Source: Octopus sinensis (lineage: Eukaryota). Taken from it: DNA of 64,000 bases. A program made the position numbers and the translations under genes. Every line of letters begins with the position of its first letter. Positions within the stretch are counted from its first letter, which is position 1. The DNA lies in NCBI RefSeq assembly GCF_006345805.1, contig NC_042997.1, forward strand, positions 84,630,001 to 84,694,000, in the 5' to 3' direction. Below, in pieces: positions 38,957-53,074 of the stretch. The notes beneath the pieces were generated by a model. That model made no database searches, had not been told where the DNA came from, and was given only the letters and a program-made list of their open reading frames with translations.

Positions 38957-40289
38957 TATATACTATTTTATTTCAGTTCTTGTTAAGAAGGTTCACTGGT
39001 CACTAACAAAACCACAAGACGTTTTCAGTCAAGAGAATTTCCAGTGTTTGTAAATATGTGGTTGAGTTGGGGTTTTGATTGAGATGTCGATGCGCACAAT
39101 CAAGATGGAGAATGTCATACAAATAATGTACGTAATATGTGTAATAATGTCAATAACTTTCATATAGATTGGCACACTGAATGCGATGCAAGTCTTTCCT
39201 TCAGAAATTGGATCAGCATCTTTGTGATTTGCCGGTGGAAGATTAAGTAGGAGAGATCTAAATTTGATTCAGGATCTGAAATTGTTGCTAACGAATAACA
39301 GATAAATCTAAAAAGGCCTAACTCTTTCTAATTTTACGATTTTACTTGAAATGTTGCCAACAGAAATTAGAGTAATATTTCATAAAAACCGACAATTGGT
39401 TAATCAGCCAATCAGTCTTCGAATATATTTGCCGAAATTATTCAGATATTCGCTTAGGGATAATTATCATTTAAAAATTTAGTGTCATTCGACATCTTCG
39501 GTTGTCTGTAAGGCAAATAGTTGCTTTGAAAATGCAGTTAGATTTGCACGTACAATTCACACTTATAAAACGTCCCATATATCCAAACTAACAGATTTTG
39601 TTCCAGGATACAACTGATGCTCAGAGATGCATCATCACAGATGTTTTGGTGTGTTAAAGGGTTTCAGCTCTTTCAACATCACATCTCTTTGCTCCGTTGA
39701 TCCGACCAGGCTTCATCAAGTCCCACATTGTATCCCAGCAACAGCAACAACAGCAGCAACTGCAGCATATCACTGCTCTGCCCTCTTTATTCAAATTCAC
39801 CTGGTGGCCTTCTTTGAGCCTTGGTGATGGAATTTATGTCCCCCCCACCCATTTGCTGTACAAATAACTCCAAGTTTAAATGAGAGCATTGCAGAATGAT
39901 TACAGTAATAGTTAAAAACTATTTAACTGAAAAAAAAAACAGTGAAATGATGATGGTGAACTTTCTCTACGGTGAATTGATGACGGTGAACTTACCAGAC
40001 ATGCTACACAATAAGCACCCCACAAACCTCGCCCCACAAAACCATTTCATTTGCCTCGCAACTTACCTGCTACCCCAGGTTTCTACACTGTTCTACCAGC
40101 TATATTTGGCAAGCTTCTTCTCATAAGGCTTCCAAGACAGAGTCCATTCCCAGAAATCATTAATTTCCCCTATATTTGGTAAACAACTTCTGCGTCACAT
40201 TCTCCTGATCCTTTTAACAGCAGGACCTAGAATGAATGGTCAGCTGACCGAACAATCTGAAATCAGCTGCCGAAGACATTATTTCTATG

Positions 40290-40542
40290 TTCCGATCAAG
40301 GAAACAGCCTCCTCATGAAATTAACATGTAAGTGGCTGAGGACTCCACAAACATGTACCTTTAATAGTTCTAAGGGAGACTCAGTATGATACAGAGTGTG
40401 ACAAGGCTGGCCCTTTCAAATAGAGGTATTACACGTTTTTACCAGCTTAGTGGGCTGGAGCAATGTAAAATAAAGTGTCTTGCTCAAGGACACAACGCGT
40501 CGACTGGAACTGAACTCACGACCTTACGATCGTAAGCCGAAT
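40290..40542 (-). mobile_element. tRNA-derived SINE (same family as 57524-57838)
   Basis: Reverse complement of the family: TCGGCTTACGATCGTAAGGTCGTGAGTTC head, TGTGTCCTTGAGCAAGACAC, CCTTGTCACACTCTGT. Confidence 0.85.
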
Positions 40543-41418
40543 ACACGCACTTTCACACGTTCTCTTGATTATTTTGTAGATAAACTAAAATCGTTATAGT
40601 TTTAGCGTTCACTTTTCTATGCTTGTATGGGTCAGACGTAGTTTATTTAGGCAGATTATCTACGGCCAGATCTGCTTCTTGTCGCAAAACCTCACCTATA
40701 AATAAGGATAAGATCGTTATTTAAAATACCGATCATATCAAGTGGCTAGCATGGGAATAAAAACCTCACAGGTAATAATTATTATTAAAATTATAATTAA
40801 GGGTATCTAAAAGATACCAACATGCTAGATATAGCAGTCAAAATTTGACTCTAAAACCACAACGAATATTCATTCAGTACCAAGAGAGAAGACAAAGAGA
40901 CAAAATAAACTGTCATATATATATATATGATAGACATAGATTGATAGATAGACGAAGAAAGCGACTGACAGACAGGCAGACTGACAGAGAAGCAGACAGA
41001 CAGACAGACAGATAGATAGATATATAAACGATTATGTATGTACATATACATTTTTGGGTATATAAAGGCGTGTGTATGTGCGTTGAGTGTATGCGTGGTG
41101 TGCGCGCGCGCGTGTGTGTGTGTGCACATATTTATGTGTGTATGGTTTGGCATTTGAGAATCCTCCAACAAAAACAGGTCAAAAGGCATGTTATGTACAC
41201 GACAACCAGGTTTCTTTTAACTGTTTAATTCCCCATAGCACCATTTCTCTCCTGTAAAATGCATAACGTTACTCTATGTCAGACATTGATTGGCACATGT
41301 TATGCTCCGGTGATTATGGGAGATAACTATCATTCAATGGTTTTAAATATTTGCCACATGTACATCTTTTATGGAGGCATGTACACATGTATATGATATG
41401 TGTATGTATATATATATA

Positions 41419-41461
<43 letters not shown>

Positions 41462-41601
41462 ATATAGAGGGCATTATACATACATGCCAGGAGGCATTAT
41501 ACATACATGCCAAACGCTAAGAGGGACAATCAGTCATTTCTACCAAAAATATTACTAATCCCACCGAATGCAATTTTTCAAAGTAAGACATTTAAAAATA
41601 T

Positions 41602-41649
41602 AGACCTGTATCACAGTGATTTCATACTTACGTAATCATCAGCAGGCCT
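41602..41649 (-). ncRNA. Type-I hammerhead ribozyme motif, core intact (copy 1)
   Basis: Minus strand reads AGGCCUG-CUGAUGA-U-UAC(GUAA)GUA-U-GAA-AUCAC(U)GUGAU-A-CAGGUCU. 7-bp stem I with one G.U, GNRA-capped stem II, palindromic stem III, triplet AUA. Predicted cut between 41609 and 41608. Confidence 0.8.
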
Positions 41650-42078
41650 GATGTATTATAAATAAACAACGACCCTGCCTCGCTTAGCCGATCAGCTAAC
41701 TGATCAACATCAACGAAGCACATGGGTGAGTTTATATATATTACATCCGGGTAAATGGCAAACTTTTACGAATTGCATTTCGGGAGAGGAAAAGTTTTTT
41801 CGGAATAAAAATTTAGCAATTAAGGACAACTACTTAATAAGGAAAACTTAACAAGAAATTGTCAGGTAGATAGCGTAAAAACCTCATAAGAGAAAAAATT
41901 TCGAAAATAATTATTTCTTATTGAACATATTAATTTATATATAGAGGGCATTATACATACATGCCAGGAGGCATTATACATACATGCCAAACGCTAAGAG
42001 GGACAATCAGTCATTTCTACCAAAAATATTACTAATCCCACCGAATGCAATTTTTCAAAGTAAGACATTTAAAAATAT

Positions 42079-42126
42079 AGACCTGTATCACAGTGATTTC
42101 ATACTTACGTAATCATCAGCAGGCCT
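42079..42126 (-). ncRNA. Type-I hammerhead ribozyme motif, core intact (copy 2)
   Basis: Identical to 41602-41649, offset by 477 nt. Predicted cut between 42086 and 42085. Confidence 0.8.
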
Positions 42127-42230
42127 GAATGTATTATAAATAAACAACGACCCTGCCTCGCTTAAGCCGATCAGCTAACTGATCAACATCAACGAAGCAC
42201 ATGGGTGAGTTTATATATATTACATCCGGG

Positions 42231-42266
<36 letters not shown>

Positions 42267-42944
42267 CATATATATACATATATATATACATATATATATG
42301 TATATATATATATACATACGCATATATATGTATACGTATACATACACACACATATACATACATATATATATATGTGTATGTACGTACATATGTTTTTGTA
42401 TGTGTGTATCTATATATATATGTTTACACAGTTATTAACACTGTACGTAGATACATACACACCTATTCACATATGAATATATACATATATATCTATATTT
42501 TTATTTCGGAAGGGTTATGTTACCAATACCAAATAGACGCAGTGGTTAAATTACAGCTCCTTATTATTCATCAGTGGATTAGCTAGTTAACCAACGAACT
42601 TTCCGATTGTGTGATTAATGAATCAGTTGTGTTTGAGAAACTCCTTTCGTCACCATTCGCAATCTCGTCAATGACAAGTCCTCACTTCACTAATTCACAA
42701 ATTAACTAGAAGTGAAACAAAACCAGTGCCTATGTTTATCATTGGCATAATGATCTTCCCGAGATACAACAAAATGTATTTCAACATACGTGTACACATC
42801 AAAAATCTTGCAAATAAAATATGCAAGCGAAATATACACATATATATATTTTTTATATATTTAAAATGTATAACCATATTTACATATAAGCAAATTCAAA
42901 CACAATTATAATTCCGTCTATCGCTTGTAATTTTCTCCTATTCA

Positions 42945-43155
42945 ATCCGCGTAGTTGTTGTTGTTTGATCTTAGATCAGCCGTGATACAGCAGGCATTTG
43001 GTAAAAGTATTCCTCCTGTGAGCATCCAGCCTGTTTTTCTTATCTAACATATTTGAATTTTGGACAAAGTTTATGTAACGTGTACTTCTACATTAATAAC
43101 GCTACTGAATGATTTGAGAGGAAGCCGTCTGCTTACTTCTGTAACATCTAGCAAC
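42945..43155 (-). mobile_element. Diverged copy of an interspersed repeat family (tail ..GCTAAACAACAAC), also at 53950-54130 and 57860-58175
   Basis: Shares AGAAATAGCA..CTCAAAT.ACA and GATGGTCACGGCTGGAAT..GATCAT..GGGCTAAACAAC-like blocks among copies, judged by eye. Confidence 0.5.
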
Positions 43156-43471
43156 CAAATGTTTTATTCTTGGTGCGTTATGTTTTGTTATTTGTGATTG
43201 TGTTTTGTCTTTTTGTTGAAAAAAGTTTTACGTAAAATAGAAAGCAGTTTTGTGTAAGAATCCGTAGTACTTTTAGCTACATCAAGACCTCTTCACTGAC
43301 AAGGGGAGAAAAAATATAGACACAAACCGTTTAATAATGCTTGAGCTTATATGTATAGAAGTTTTAAACTTGAATAGACCTATTGTGTACAGCAGTTGAG
43401 GTTTGTTTCGCTTTCCGAATTATGTAGTCTAGGTGAAGAAAATTAAGACGTAGGATAAGATAATGATAGCG

Positions 43472-43473
<2 letters not shown>

Positions 43474-43544
<71 letters not shown>

Positions 43545-43776
43545 GTTTGGAGTAGAAGAAGGGAAGATGATGCAGAAGAAGAAAAGAAATAGAATAAGAA
43601 TTTATAAATAATAATTATAACAACAACAATAAAAGTAGTAACAATTATAATAATTTCTTAAATTTTTTGTTCGTTTTTTTATCATCCACCGAATACCCTC
43701 AATAATAATAATGGTAATAATAATAATAATAATGGTAATAATAATAATAATAATGGTAATAATAATAATAATAATA

Positions 43777-43821
<45 letters not shown>

Positions 43822-44271
43822 GAAGAAGAAGAAGAAGAAGAAGAAGATGAAGAAGAAGAGGAGGAGGAGGAGGAGGAGGGGAGAGGTTTTGGCAGTGGTT
43901 GGTTGTGGTGGGAGGGGGACAGGGGGATTAATGGGAAGCATGGGCGTGGAAGTGGAGGCGTGTTGTGGCAAGGTGTGTGCTGTGAGGTGAATAGAGATGG
44001 GTGTGATGGAAGTATTAAAGCGCTTGATAGCGCATTGAATTAGTTTGAGAAGACTACAGAGAGCAAAAGAGCTTGCAACAAAAGTAGTTGCTGGCAATGA
44101 AGAAGATGAGGAGGAGGAGGAAAGGAGAAAAGAAAGGAAAAGAAGAAGGAGGAGGAGGAGGAGGAGGAGGAGAAGAAGAAGAAGAAGAAGAAGAAGAAGA
44201 AGAAGAAGAAGAAGAAGAAGAAGAAGAAGAAGAAGAAGAAGAAGAAGAAGAAGAAGAAGAAGAGGAGGAGG
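43474..44271. repeat. Trinucleotide tracts: (ATT)n at 43474-43543, (TAA)/(GAA)/(GGA) at 43700-43880, (GGA)/(GAA)n at 44147-44271
   Basis: Direct reading. Confidence 0.95.
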
Positions 44272-44410
44272 GAACGTCTTTATGGATTTTCCACACTTAG
44301 GTGAAATGCTTAGAGAAAGTGAAGAGCAACTTTCAGTCTTTTAGCACACGAAGCCTTTAAGAGTAAAAGTATAGCAACCTTGCTTCAGACGAGCGACGAC
44401 TGACACACAC

Positions 44411-44454
<44 letters not shown>

Positions 44455-45584
44455 GTATATATATATATACACACATACACATACACTCATACATACATAC
44501 ACGCACACAGACACACAAGCAAACATATATTTATGTATATATATGAAAATATATATGTATGTATATGCATATGTAATATATATTTACATATGTATATGTA
44601 GGTGCACACACACACACACCACACAAACACACACACACACACACCACACACACACACATATGTACATTTTATACATAAAGATAATGATTGTGGAATCACA
44701 TTACAAAGCGGGAAAAATAATACGTCGTCTGCTGGTTGTTGTATTTGTTAGCTCGGCGCATCTCAACAACTGTGATAGATAACACTCAAACACAGACACA
44801 CACACGCACGCACACACACACACACACACATACATGCACACAGACATGCGCACATGTGCATACACACACACACACACGCACACACACACACAAACGTAGA
44901 CAACTTTCGGTCTTTTAGTAGGTGAAGCCTTTAAGATTTGGAGAAACGCTTAAATTGTGATTAATACTGCTGTAAAATAGTTTAGGGTAGTAAGCAAAAC
45001 TAGTAGAATAAATATACAAACAGAAGAATAATGAATTGCTAAGATATTCAGTGAAGGAGTCGCATTACAAAGTAAGAAACAAAAATGTCTTTTATCGGTT
45101 AATGTTTGTTTGTCGGCACAGCTAACACAAGTGAGATATTAATTGGATGTTTAATACTGAATATTTATGCTACTTCCTGTGTATATATTAAAAGCGGGAA
45201 ATGCACCAACTAAATAATAATAATATTTAATGAATAGCTAAGCATTAAAAAAAATACAAATATATTTGCCTGTTTCTTTCCGTTGGTGTTAATAATGCAT
45301 GCAAAGAAACACTGGCGACTGTAATGTATGTACCTTTTGTGCCTAGCAAAACGGAATGAACAATGGTTGTTTAAATAAATTATCTATTTCATTTCTGAGT
45401 CCACGTGTACTTATCGGTTGAATTATATTTTCGTCACATCCTTTTCGAGTTAGTTTAATCGATTGCATGGAGGAGTGCGAATTGCAGGTCGGTAGATCGT
45501 TTCCTTTCAACCAGGCTAACTGTGCTAAGATCCAAGACATTTAAATAGCGAATAGGTCAGTAGCTTTTATCTTTTATACTTTTT

Positions 45585-45790
45585 CCTTGTTTCAGTCATT
45601 GGTCTGCGGTCATGTCGGAGCAACGCCTTAAGGATTTAGTCGAGCGAATCTATCACAGTACTTGCTTTTTGTCCAGTACTTATTTTCTTGGCTACTTTTG
45701 CCGAACTTCTAAGTTACAGGGACGTAAACAAACCAACATCGGTTTGTGAGGAACAAACAAACCACAAATATAAAAACACCGACGTACACA
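45585..45790 (-). mobile_element. SINE 3' part (36866-37252 family)
   Basis: TTGTTTCAGTCATTGGTCTGCGGTCATG..TTTTGCCGAACTTCTAAGTTACAGGGACGTAAAC. Confidence 0.75.
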
Positions 45791-48361
45791 TGTATATACA
45801 TAAGTGTGTATACATACACACACACACATATCCAGATAGAGTGGTACGATCAAAAGCGATCTTGGTACGAGAAGTTTCTTAGCCGCAAGCATGTACCCAT
45901 CTTGTATAGATAACACAAAGTAGATAATACATGATCAAAAAAGTCTACATTTAGTACTATATAAAATTCGAAGGTGATTCCGATAAGATGAAGGCCTTAA
46001 TGCAATTCTAATGTTGGTGAAGATGACGAAAAATACAAGTACCCAAAAAAAAGAGTTTTATAACTTCTGGTCGGCTTTCCTTAGAAACATATGTGGTACG
46101 TATTCACATATTCCATTTCCTACATCCAATGATATAAAAAGGATTAAAACCCGCTTCAGTCATAAATGACAATGGGATTGCACCTAGAAAGTTCCCCTCC
46201 AAGGCATAAGGTTGTTTATGGAAGACCAGCAGTCACCCATGCATATCAGCCTCCTCTCTCCACGCCATTGATGTTATCCAAGGGAAAGGTAAAGGCCGCT
46301 TGGCACCAGTGACGTCACAACTCATTTCTAGAGTTGCGTGAAATACAGCAACGTAAAATAAAGTGACTAGCTCAAGATTGTGAGCCCGATGTTTTAACCA
46401 CTGAACCATACACGTTCACTTTCCAATGATATACGTATATATATATATATTATATATATATATATATGCGTATGTGTGTGTATACACACACACACGTTCA
46501 CACACACACACACATACACACACACCTACGCCGGACTTCTCTATTTCTACCGGGCTCACTGACGAATCTTTGGTCAGCCTGAAGCTATAGTAGGAGACAC
46601 ATGTCCAACATACTGCACAAAGCAACTGAACCCGAGACCACGTATTTGGGAATCAAGGTTCTCAACTATGCAACCAAGCCTAGTACACATCACATTTTTA
46701 AGGCTTTGTATTAGAACCACTGAGTGTGTGTATGCGTATATATGCCTGCATGTATGTATGCATAAATTAGTAAGAATTGAGGGATACATTATTTTTTTTT
46801 ATTTATCATAAGCACTTACATGTATATATGGCTTAATAACCTCTCCGCAAATTTTCGGACTGTGCATTCACGTATGAAGGTACTGTTCATTAATTCTGAC
46901 TGACTGCCATTTCTTGTGTACATTTTATTTCGTAATTCATCTCACATTGCCAGCCTGCTTAAAGTGTATTTAATTTCGGAATTCTCTTTCTCGTTTGCTT
47001 GTTATCAGCTCCTGAGAGAATATGCATCACCGTTTCGGTGACAGGAAATAGAATTTGAATTCATGGCGCACTGAGCCAGAACAGATAGAGCAATGCATAC
47101 GTTTGCCTTACTTCGTTTAACAAATATCAGACTATCGTCGAAAGTTCCAACAACAGAATGTTAAACTCTCTGCGTCAATAGATATCTGTTGGTCCCCTAC
47201 TTGCCTTTGCTCTGGGCTTGTGATTTCCTCCTACTTTATTTAAATTTTTATTGTCGTATTAAAATTATTGATATATTTGCTACTCCCTACGTTTATGTAC
47301 ATTTATCCCGTCTTTATCTAAAGACGATGAGGTGCCCGTCGCCTCTGGTCAAGTCCCGTACTGGAGGAAGACACCTTTCTGCTTCTTGATCGTTGTCGTT
47401 CCTTGTGCTTGTGGCATAGAAGATAAGGTGATTATTTTTGTTTCCGACGTGGGTTTAAATAACAATAACAACAATAAACAAACTAAGCTTTCGTCTCCAA
47501 CAGACCATCAAACAAAAAAGAAAACCGATTTAAAAAAAAAAATATACCTTAAAAACAAAATAAGTAGGATAGACAGCAGAGCGAGAATGCTCCATTAATT
47601 TAGATGAAGAGTGCTCTAAAATTCCTACATAGTTAATACTTAAACAAGCACTGACAAACGGTAAGGTTTATAAATTGTCGAGAAAATATTCGATAACGAC
47701 ATGAAGTACGACCATTATTTCCCTTCTCAGTGTCACAGGCCCACTGAGAATACATTTTACGCCAACAAAAATTGACTCAGTAACAACAAATTCAGAAGTT
47801 CAATGAAACAGCATCAACGGTGCCATTGAAAACATCTTTATAAAAGAAAAATATTATACAATTATACAGCAAATTCACGCAGCAATAATTCAGGGAACGT
47901 TCTTTCTACCTCATTACAGAACAGCCAATATTCCAAATTACACTTAAACTAAAGCTTACAGATCCTTTCACATAATATATACATAGAAAAAATGTGCCTG
48001 CTATATAGATAATGGTTTCAAATATTGGCACAATTTTGGTGGGGTGGACAAGTCGATTATATCAGTGTTCAACTGGTACTTACCAGTGTTTTGATGCCCT
48101 CGAAAGAAGGAAAAGCAAAGTCTACCCTGGTGGCGTTTGATCTCAAAACATAAGGACTAAATTCCGCTAAGCATTTTGTCCGGCGTGCTTACGATTCTAC
48201 AAACTCTCTGCCTTATCTACTAAGTAAATATTGCAAATGACATCTAAAATGCAATAGGAAACAACATTATTTATATTAGAAATTCAGAGTTTCAAAAATA
48301 AAAATCCAGCAATAAGAAGCAAATTAATTGAATAAACTCACAGGCACATATACATATATTA

Positions 48362-49193
48362 CATGGAAAAATGTGAGAAAGAAAAATAATTCTCTTAAGA
48401 TTATAAACCTGGAAAATTACAGGACAGGTTATTACACTTGGAAATGTTCAGGACAGCTATTACATCTGGTAAAGTACAGAACAAGAAACTTTTTACTTAA
48501 AATATTGCAACTAAGGATAAAATTTCAAATAAAATATTTAGATTTAGAAAATATTAGCTTTTATTAAAACTAAAAATTTTACTTGTATTCGTTATTACTT
48601 GTTAATTCTATTAAAAGTTAAAAATAACTCTATTAAAAGATGTTTTGCACTTTAAAAAAGTTCATTTCTAATTATTAATTGATAATTAGAAATTTGAAAA
48701 TAGGTTATAAAAAATAATAAGAATTACATAATTAGTACAATAAATAAATAGAATAATACAAAAATTAGTTATATATTACAGTAACATCTACCTATAACAC
48801 CAAATTTACAGAGTTTGCTTGAGTTATTGCCTAAGTTATTGGGAAGTCTTTACATTTTTAGTCTTAAACAATGCCTAATTTTTACATAATGAATTTGCCT
48901 ACCATATATACTATTCTACTTTGCATAAAACTTTAGCTATATTGGTACTTCTGGCTCAACAAAATGAAGGTACCTCTTTTAATTATAATATTATTTTGCA
49001 AATAAAAATCGAATAAATTTTAATATTCAAATTTTATCCTTAGCTGCAATATTTTAAGTAAAAATCTTCTTGTTCTCTACTTTACTAGATGTAATAAATT
49101 TTTCTGAACTTTTCCAAGTGTAATAACTTGTCCTGTAATTTTCAAGGTTTATAATCTTAAGAATATTGTTTCTCTTGCTTGCATTTTTCCATG
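48362..49193. mobile_element. 832-bp non-autonomous element with ~185-bp TIRs and TA target site (Tc1/mariner superfamily MITE or foldback)
   Basis: TA|CATGGAAAAATG.. and ..CATTTTTCCATG|TA. Arms 48362-48545 and 49010-49193 align at roughly 85% by eye. No ORF in the spacer. Confidence 0.75.
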
Positions 49194-49997
49194 TAATCCA
49201 TGATTTTTCCAGGCTATGCTATTATGCTTATTAATAATGTATTAAATGTGTCATTTAGCGGTGTCATTAATAACTTTTTCCTTACCTCAATGAGGCCGAT
49301 GACATATATTAAAAGTCCTCTTATAGAATTATATTCATAAAAAAGTATAGAACTCGATTATCGCCCTCAAATTTGAGAAACAAACACTCATAACTTTCTT
49401 CTTTTAAAACCCCGTTGCATGAGATTGATATCATAAAATTCCTCGAATTGAGTTCTATAGTTTAAGCTTAATTAAAATAAAACAGCTAATTATATTTAAT
49501 CCAATTTTTTGCCTTATATTTTTTAATGATATTTTATCTCACAACATTTGTGATACAAATTTTTATACAAAACTATAAAATTCTTCATGCTTTCTTCTAT
49601 CATTGAAGCTAAGATAAATATATTTTGCTTTAGAAATTAAAAAGTTATTTAGATCTAAACTTGATTGGAGGCATTACTTACTCTCCTATAACGTTGCTAC
49701 AAATTTTGATATAAACTTATTTCTACTGGCTCAAATCTCAACTTTTTTATGCCAAAATGTAGCTAGGGATCAGTCGTCTTCAAAAATGTTAACAGTTTTC
49801 TATTTGGTTAAGAACTTAATCAGCGACAAGCTCTGAAAGATAATGCATGTGAGTAAGTTGCGGTCTTAAGAATATTATTCATCTATCACTGTAGTTGAAT
49901 GATATGTGCGTATGTGGATATATTTGTGTATGTATGCGTATCTGTGCGCACTTATGTGTGTGTGTGTATGCGAATAATGCGCGTGCGCGTGTGTGAA

Positions 49998-50235
49998 GGC
50001 GCGTGGCTTAGTGCTTAGGCGTGTTGAACTCATTATCGCTACATCTTGAGTTCCATTCCCGGATCGGGTGGCCTGTTGTGTTCATGGGCAAAACACTTCA
50101 TTTCACGTTGCTCAGCTATAAATGAGTAACCCTGCTTCGGATTAGCTACTGGATCACTGTAATGTTGGTCTAGCCAGCGGGGTGGGATCATTTGAATACT
50201 AAAACAATGTGAAGTCCATTGTGACCAGCAATTGT
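49998..50235 (+). mobile_element. tRNA-derived SINE, diverged
   Basis: GGCGCGTGGCTTAGTG A-box, GAGTTCCATTCCC B-box, GGGCAAAACACTTCATTTCACGTTGCTC. Confidence 0.75.
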
Positions 50236-50594
50236 CTGGTCGGTACCGTGATATATATATATATATATATATATCATTATTAAGAGAAAACTTCACTATT
50301 TGCAACATCTTAAAGAATTGTTTTAATCCAAAGTTCAAAATCATCTTGAAATCCTGATTCAATGCGAATTTAATTTTCCGTTTACAGCATCCACTGTGCT
50401 ATTATTTTTAAGAATATTTCTTACAATAATCTGTATTATAAAGAAATAAGCTTCTTATGAGACGATATCTCTTGTTGGGATTATATGTTGGTCTTATCTC
50501 ACTTAGGAAAGGCATAAATGACTCGAGTATTCTATTCTCTCAGTCTCTGTCTGTTTATCTGTCTGTCTGTCTCTGTTTGTCTGTCTGTCTGTCC

Positions 50595-50644
<50 letters not shown>

Positions 50645-50645
<1 letters not shown>

Positions 50646-51384
50646 CGATTTAGAAACATGATAATTTTGTATGCAGCAGGTAGAAAATAAATGAAAACTA
50701 TTTCTCTAAGAATATTGACAATGAAAGGGCATACTCGGATAGAAAGCCAGATAAAGAAATATTTCGAAATATTTTAGTCACGCCCTTCAATGTTGTTCGT
50801 ATCCTGAGTTTAAATCTCTCAACAGAGCAACGATAATGTGTAACAAGTAACATACTTCGGACAAATTCATATAACTCCGGTCCTACGAAAATTTAGTCTC
50901 GTGTCACGTCAGAAAACATCAATATTTCTCGTAAATGTAATATCTAACTTCTATCCATTTATGATAACATACGTTAATAAATTTCACAGATAGAAGAGAG
51001 AACTCTGTTTACAGAGAGAATATCTATGGTGAACAGACTGTTTTGTTGCTTTCAATATGAATAGCGGCCAGTTATAATGGTGATGAAGTTAGTAGTTATT
51101 GGAGTTAGTTGATGGAGGAATATCATTAAATATATACTTATGGTGAATAATCGACTGCAGGAAAAGTTCTTCACCATTTTTACACTTTTCATACTTGCAG
51201 TAAAAATCTCATAAACGGTAATATTTCGTTTTATATTCTCGTTTGTTTATATATCTTCCTACCTACCTACTTACTTACTTATATATTTTTCTAGCTTTTC
51301 CATAACCGCTTGCTCTTGTACTACATACCTTTCTATCTATGTTTCCAACTATCAGCCACCGGGATGAAATCCAGAATATGAGCA

Positions 51385-51468
<84 letters not shown>

Positions 51469-52224
51469 CTCTCTCTCTCTCTCTCTCCGATTTAGAAACA
51501 TGATAATTTTGTATGCAGCAGGTAGAAAATAATGAAAACTATTTCTCTAAGAATATTGACAATGAAAGGGCATACTCGGATAGAAAGCCAGATAAAGAAA
51601 TATTTCGAAATATTTTAGTCACGCCCTTCAATGTTGTTCGTATCCTGAGTTTAAATCTCTCAACAGAGCAACGATAATGTGTAACAAGTAACATACTTCG
51701 GACAAATTCATATAACTCCGGTCCTACGAAAATTTAGTCTCGTGTCACGTCAGAAAACATCAATATTTCTCGTAAATGTAATATCTAACTTCTATCCATT
51801 ATGATAACATACGTTAATAAATTTCACAGATAGAAGAGAGAACTCTGTTTACAGAGAGAATATCTATGGTGAACAGACTGTTTTGTTGCTTTCAATATGA
51901 ATAGCGGCCAGTTATAATGGTGATGAAGTTAGTAGTTATTGGAGTTAGTTGATGGAGGAATATCATTAAATATATACTTATGGTGAATAATCGACTGCAG
52001 GAAAAGTTCTTCACCATTTTTACACTTTTCATACTTGCAGTAAAAATCTCATAAACGGTAATATTTCGTTTTATATTCTCGTTTGTTTATATATCTTCCT
52101 ACCTACCTACTTACTTACTTATATATTTTTCTAGCTTTTCCATAACCGCTTGCTCTTGTACTACATACCTTTCTATCTATGTTTCCAACTATCAGCCACC
52201 GGGATGAAATCCAGAATATGAGCA
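50645..52224 (+). repeat. Tandem duplication of ~740 bp of unique sequence (50645-51384 and 51487-52224) separated by (TCTA)n(CT)n
   Basis: The copies look identical apart from two 1-nt homopolymer indels; the period shifts from 842 to 840. Confidence 0.9.
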
Positions 52225-52308
<84 letters not shown>

Positions 52309-52314
52309 CTCTCT

Positions 52315-52345
<31 letters not shown>

Positions 52346-53074
52346 ATCTATATATATATATATATATATATATGTCTGTCTACTTACCTGTCTACTACTT
52401 TCACTGTCTATTTACAATTTTCTTTTCTCTTTCTCTCTATCGCTGTCTGTCTCTTTCTTTCTTTCACTCTGTCTCTGTCTCTCTCTATTTCTCTCTCTCT
52501 CTCTCTAAATATATATTTCTTATACATTTCTATCATTGACAATTATGTTGTCAATCTCTAACACTTAATAACTTTCTAACTCATCATTCCTCTTTTTCTT
52601 ACTACTATGAAATTATTTTTAGTCTCATACACTCTCTTTCTCCCGCTCTCTGTGCGTGTGCCTATACGTGTATATGTGTGCGTGTGCGCACGTCTGTGTG
52701 TATGTGTGTGCACTTGTGTGCGTCTCACATTTTTCTCTCAAAAAATATAGGAGATGATTTATTATCAACCGCAGTAAATGGATCTTCGTCGGTTTCAACG
52801 ATAACTTTTACAGTTATTCAATCAACTGAGTAATTTACTCAGTAAATTATCGTGGTTAAGTGTATGAGTATTCCTAGTCCTTAGGGAAAATTAAGAAGGC
52901 GATCCTTTAATACAGTTCATCTGATGGATTACAACACTTACTGCCAACCAACATTCTTTTATGTAGACCCACCTTCCTCTCCCTTACCTCAATTCACTCC
53001 TCCTTCATTCAACTTTGCTTAAAATCTACACAACATTCAGATCAGTAGCTTCTTCCTCTCTCATCTTCCCCTTT

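Larger units (their letters stand above)
41454..42233 (-). mobile_element. 1.6-unit tandem (477-bp unit) HHR-bearing element between (TA)n tracts; retrozyme-like or Penelope pseudo-LTR tandem
   Basis: 41454-41754 is repeated at 41931-42233 and differs only by two 1-nt insertions. A 176-bp unique segment lies between. Each copy holds an HHR. Confidence 0.8.

Noticed and set aside
47320-47430. GC-richer patch with an open frame (DDEVPVASGQVPYWRK..) and GT/AG-like borders
   Set aside because: Weak acceptor, no recognisable protein, and equally plausible frames on both strands.
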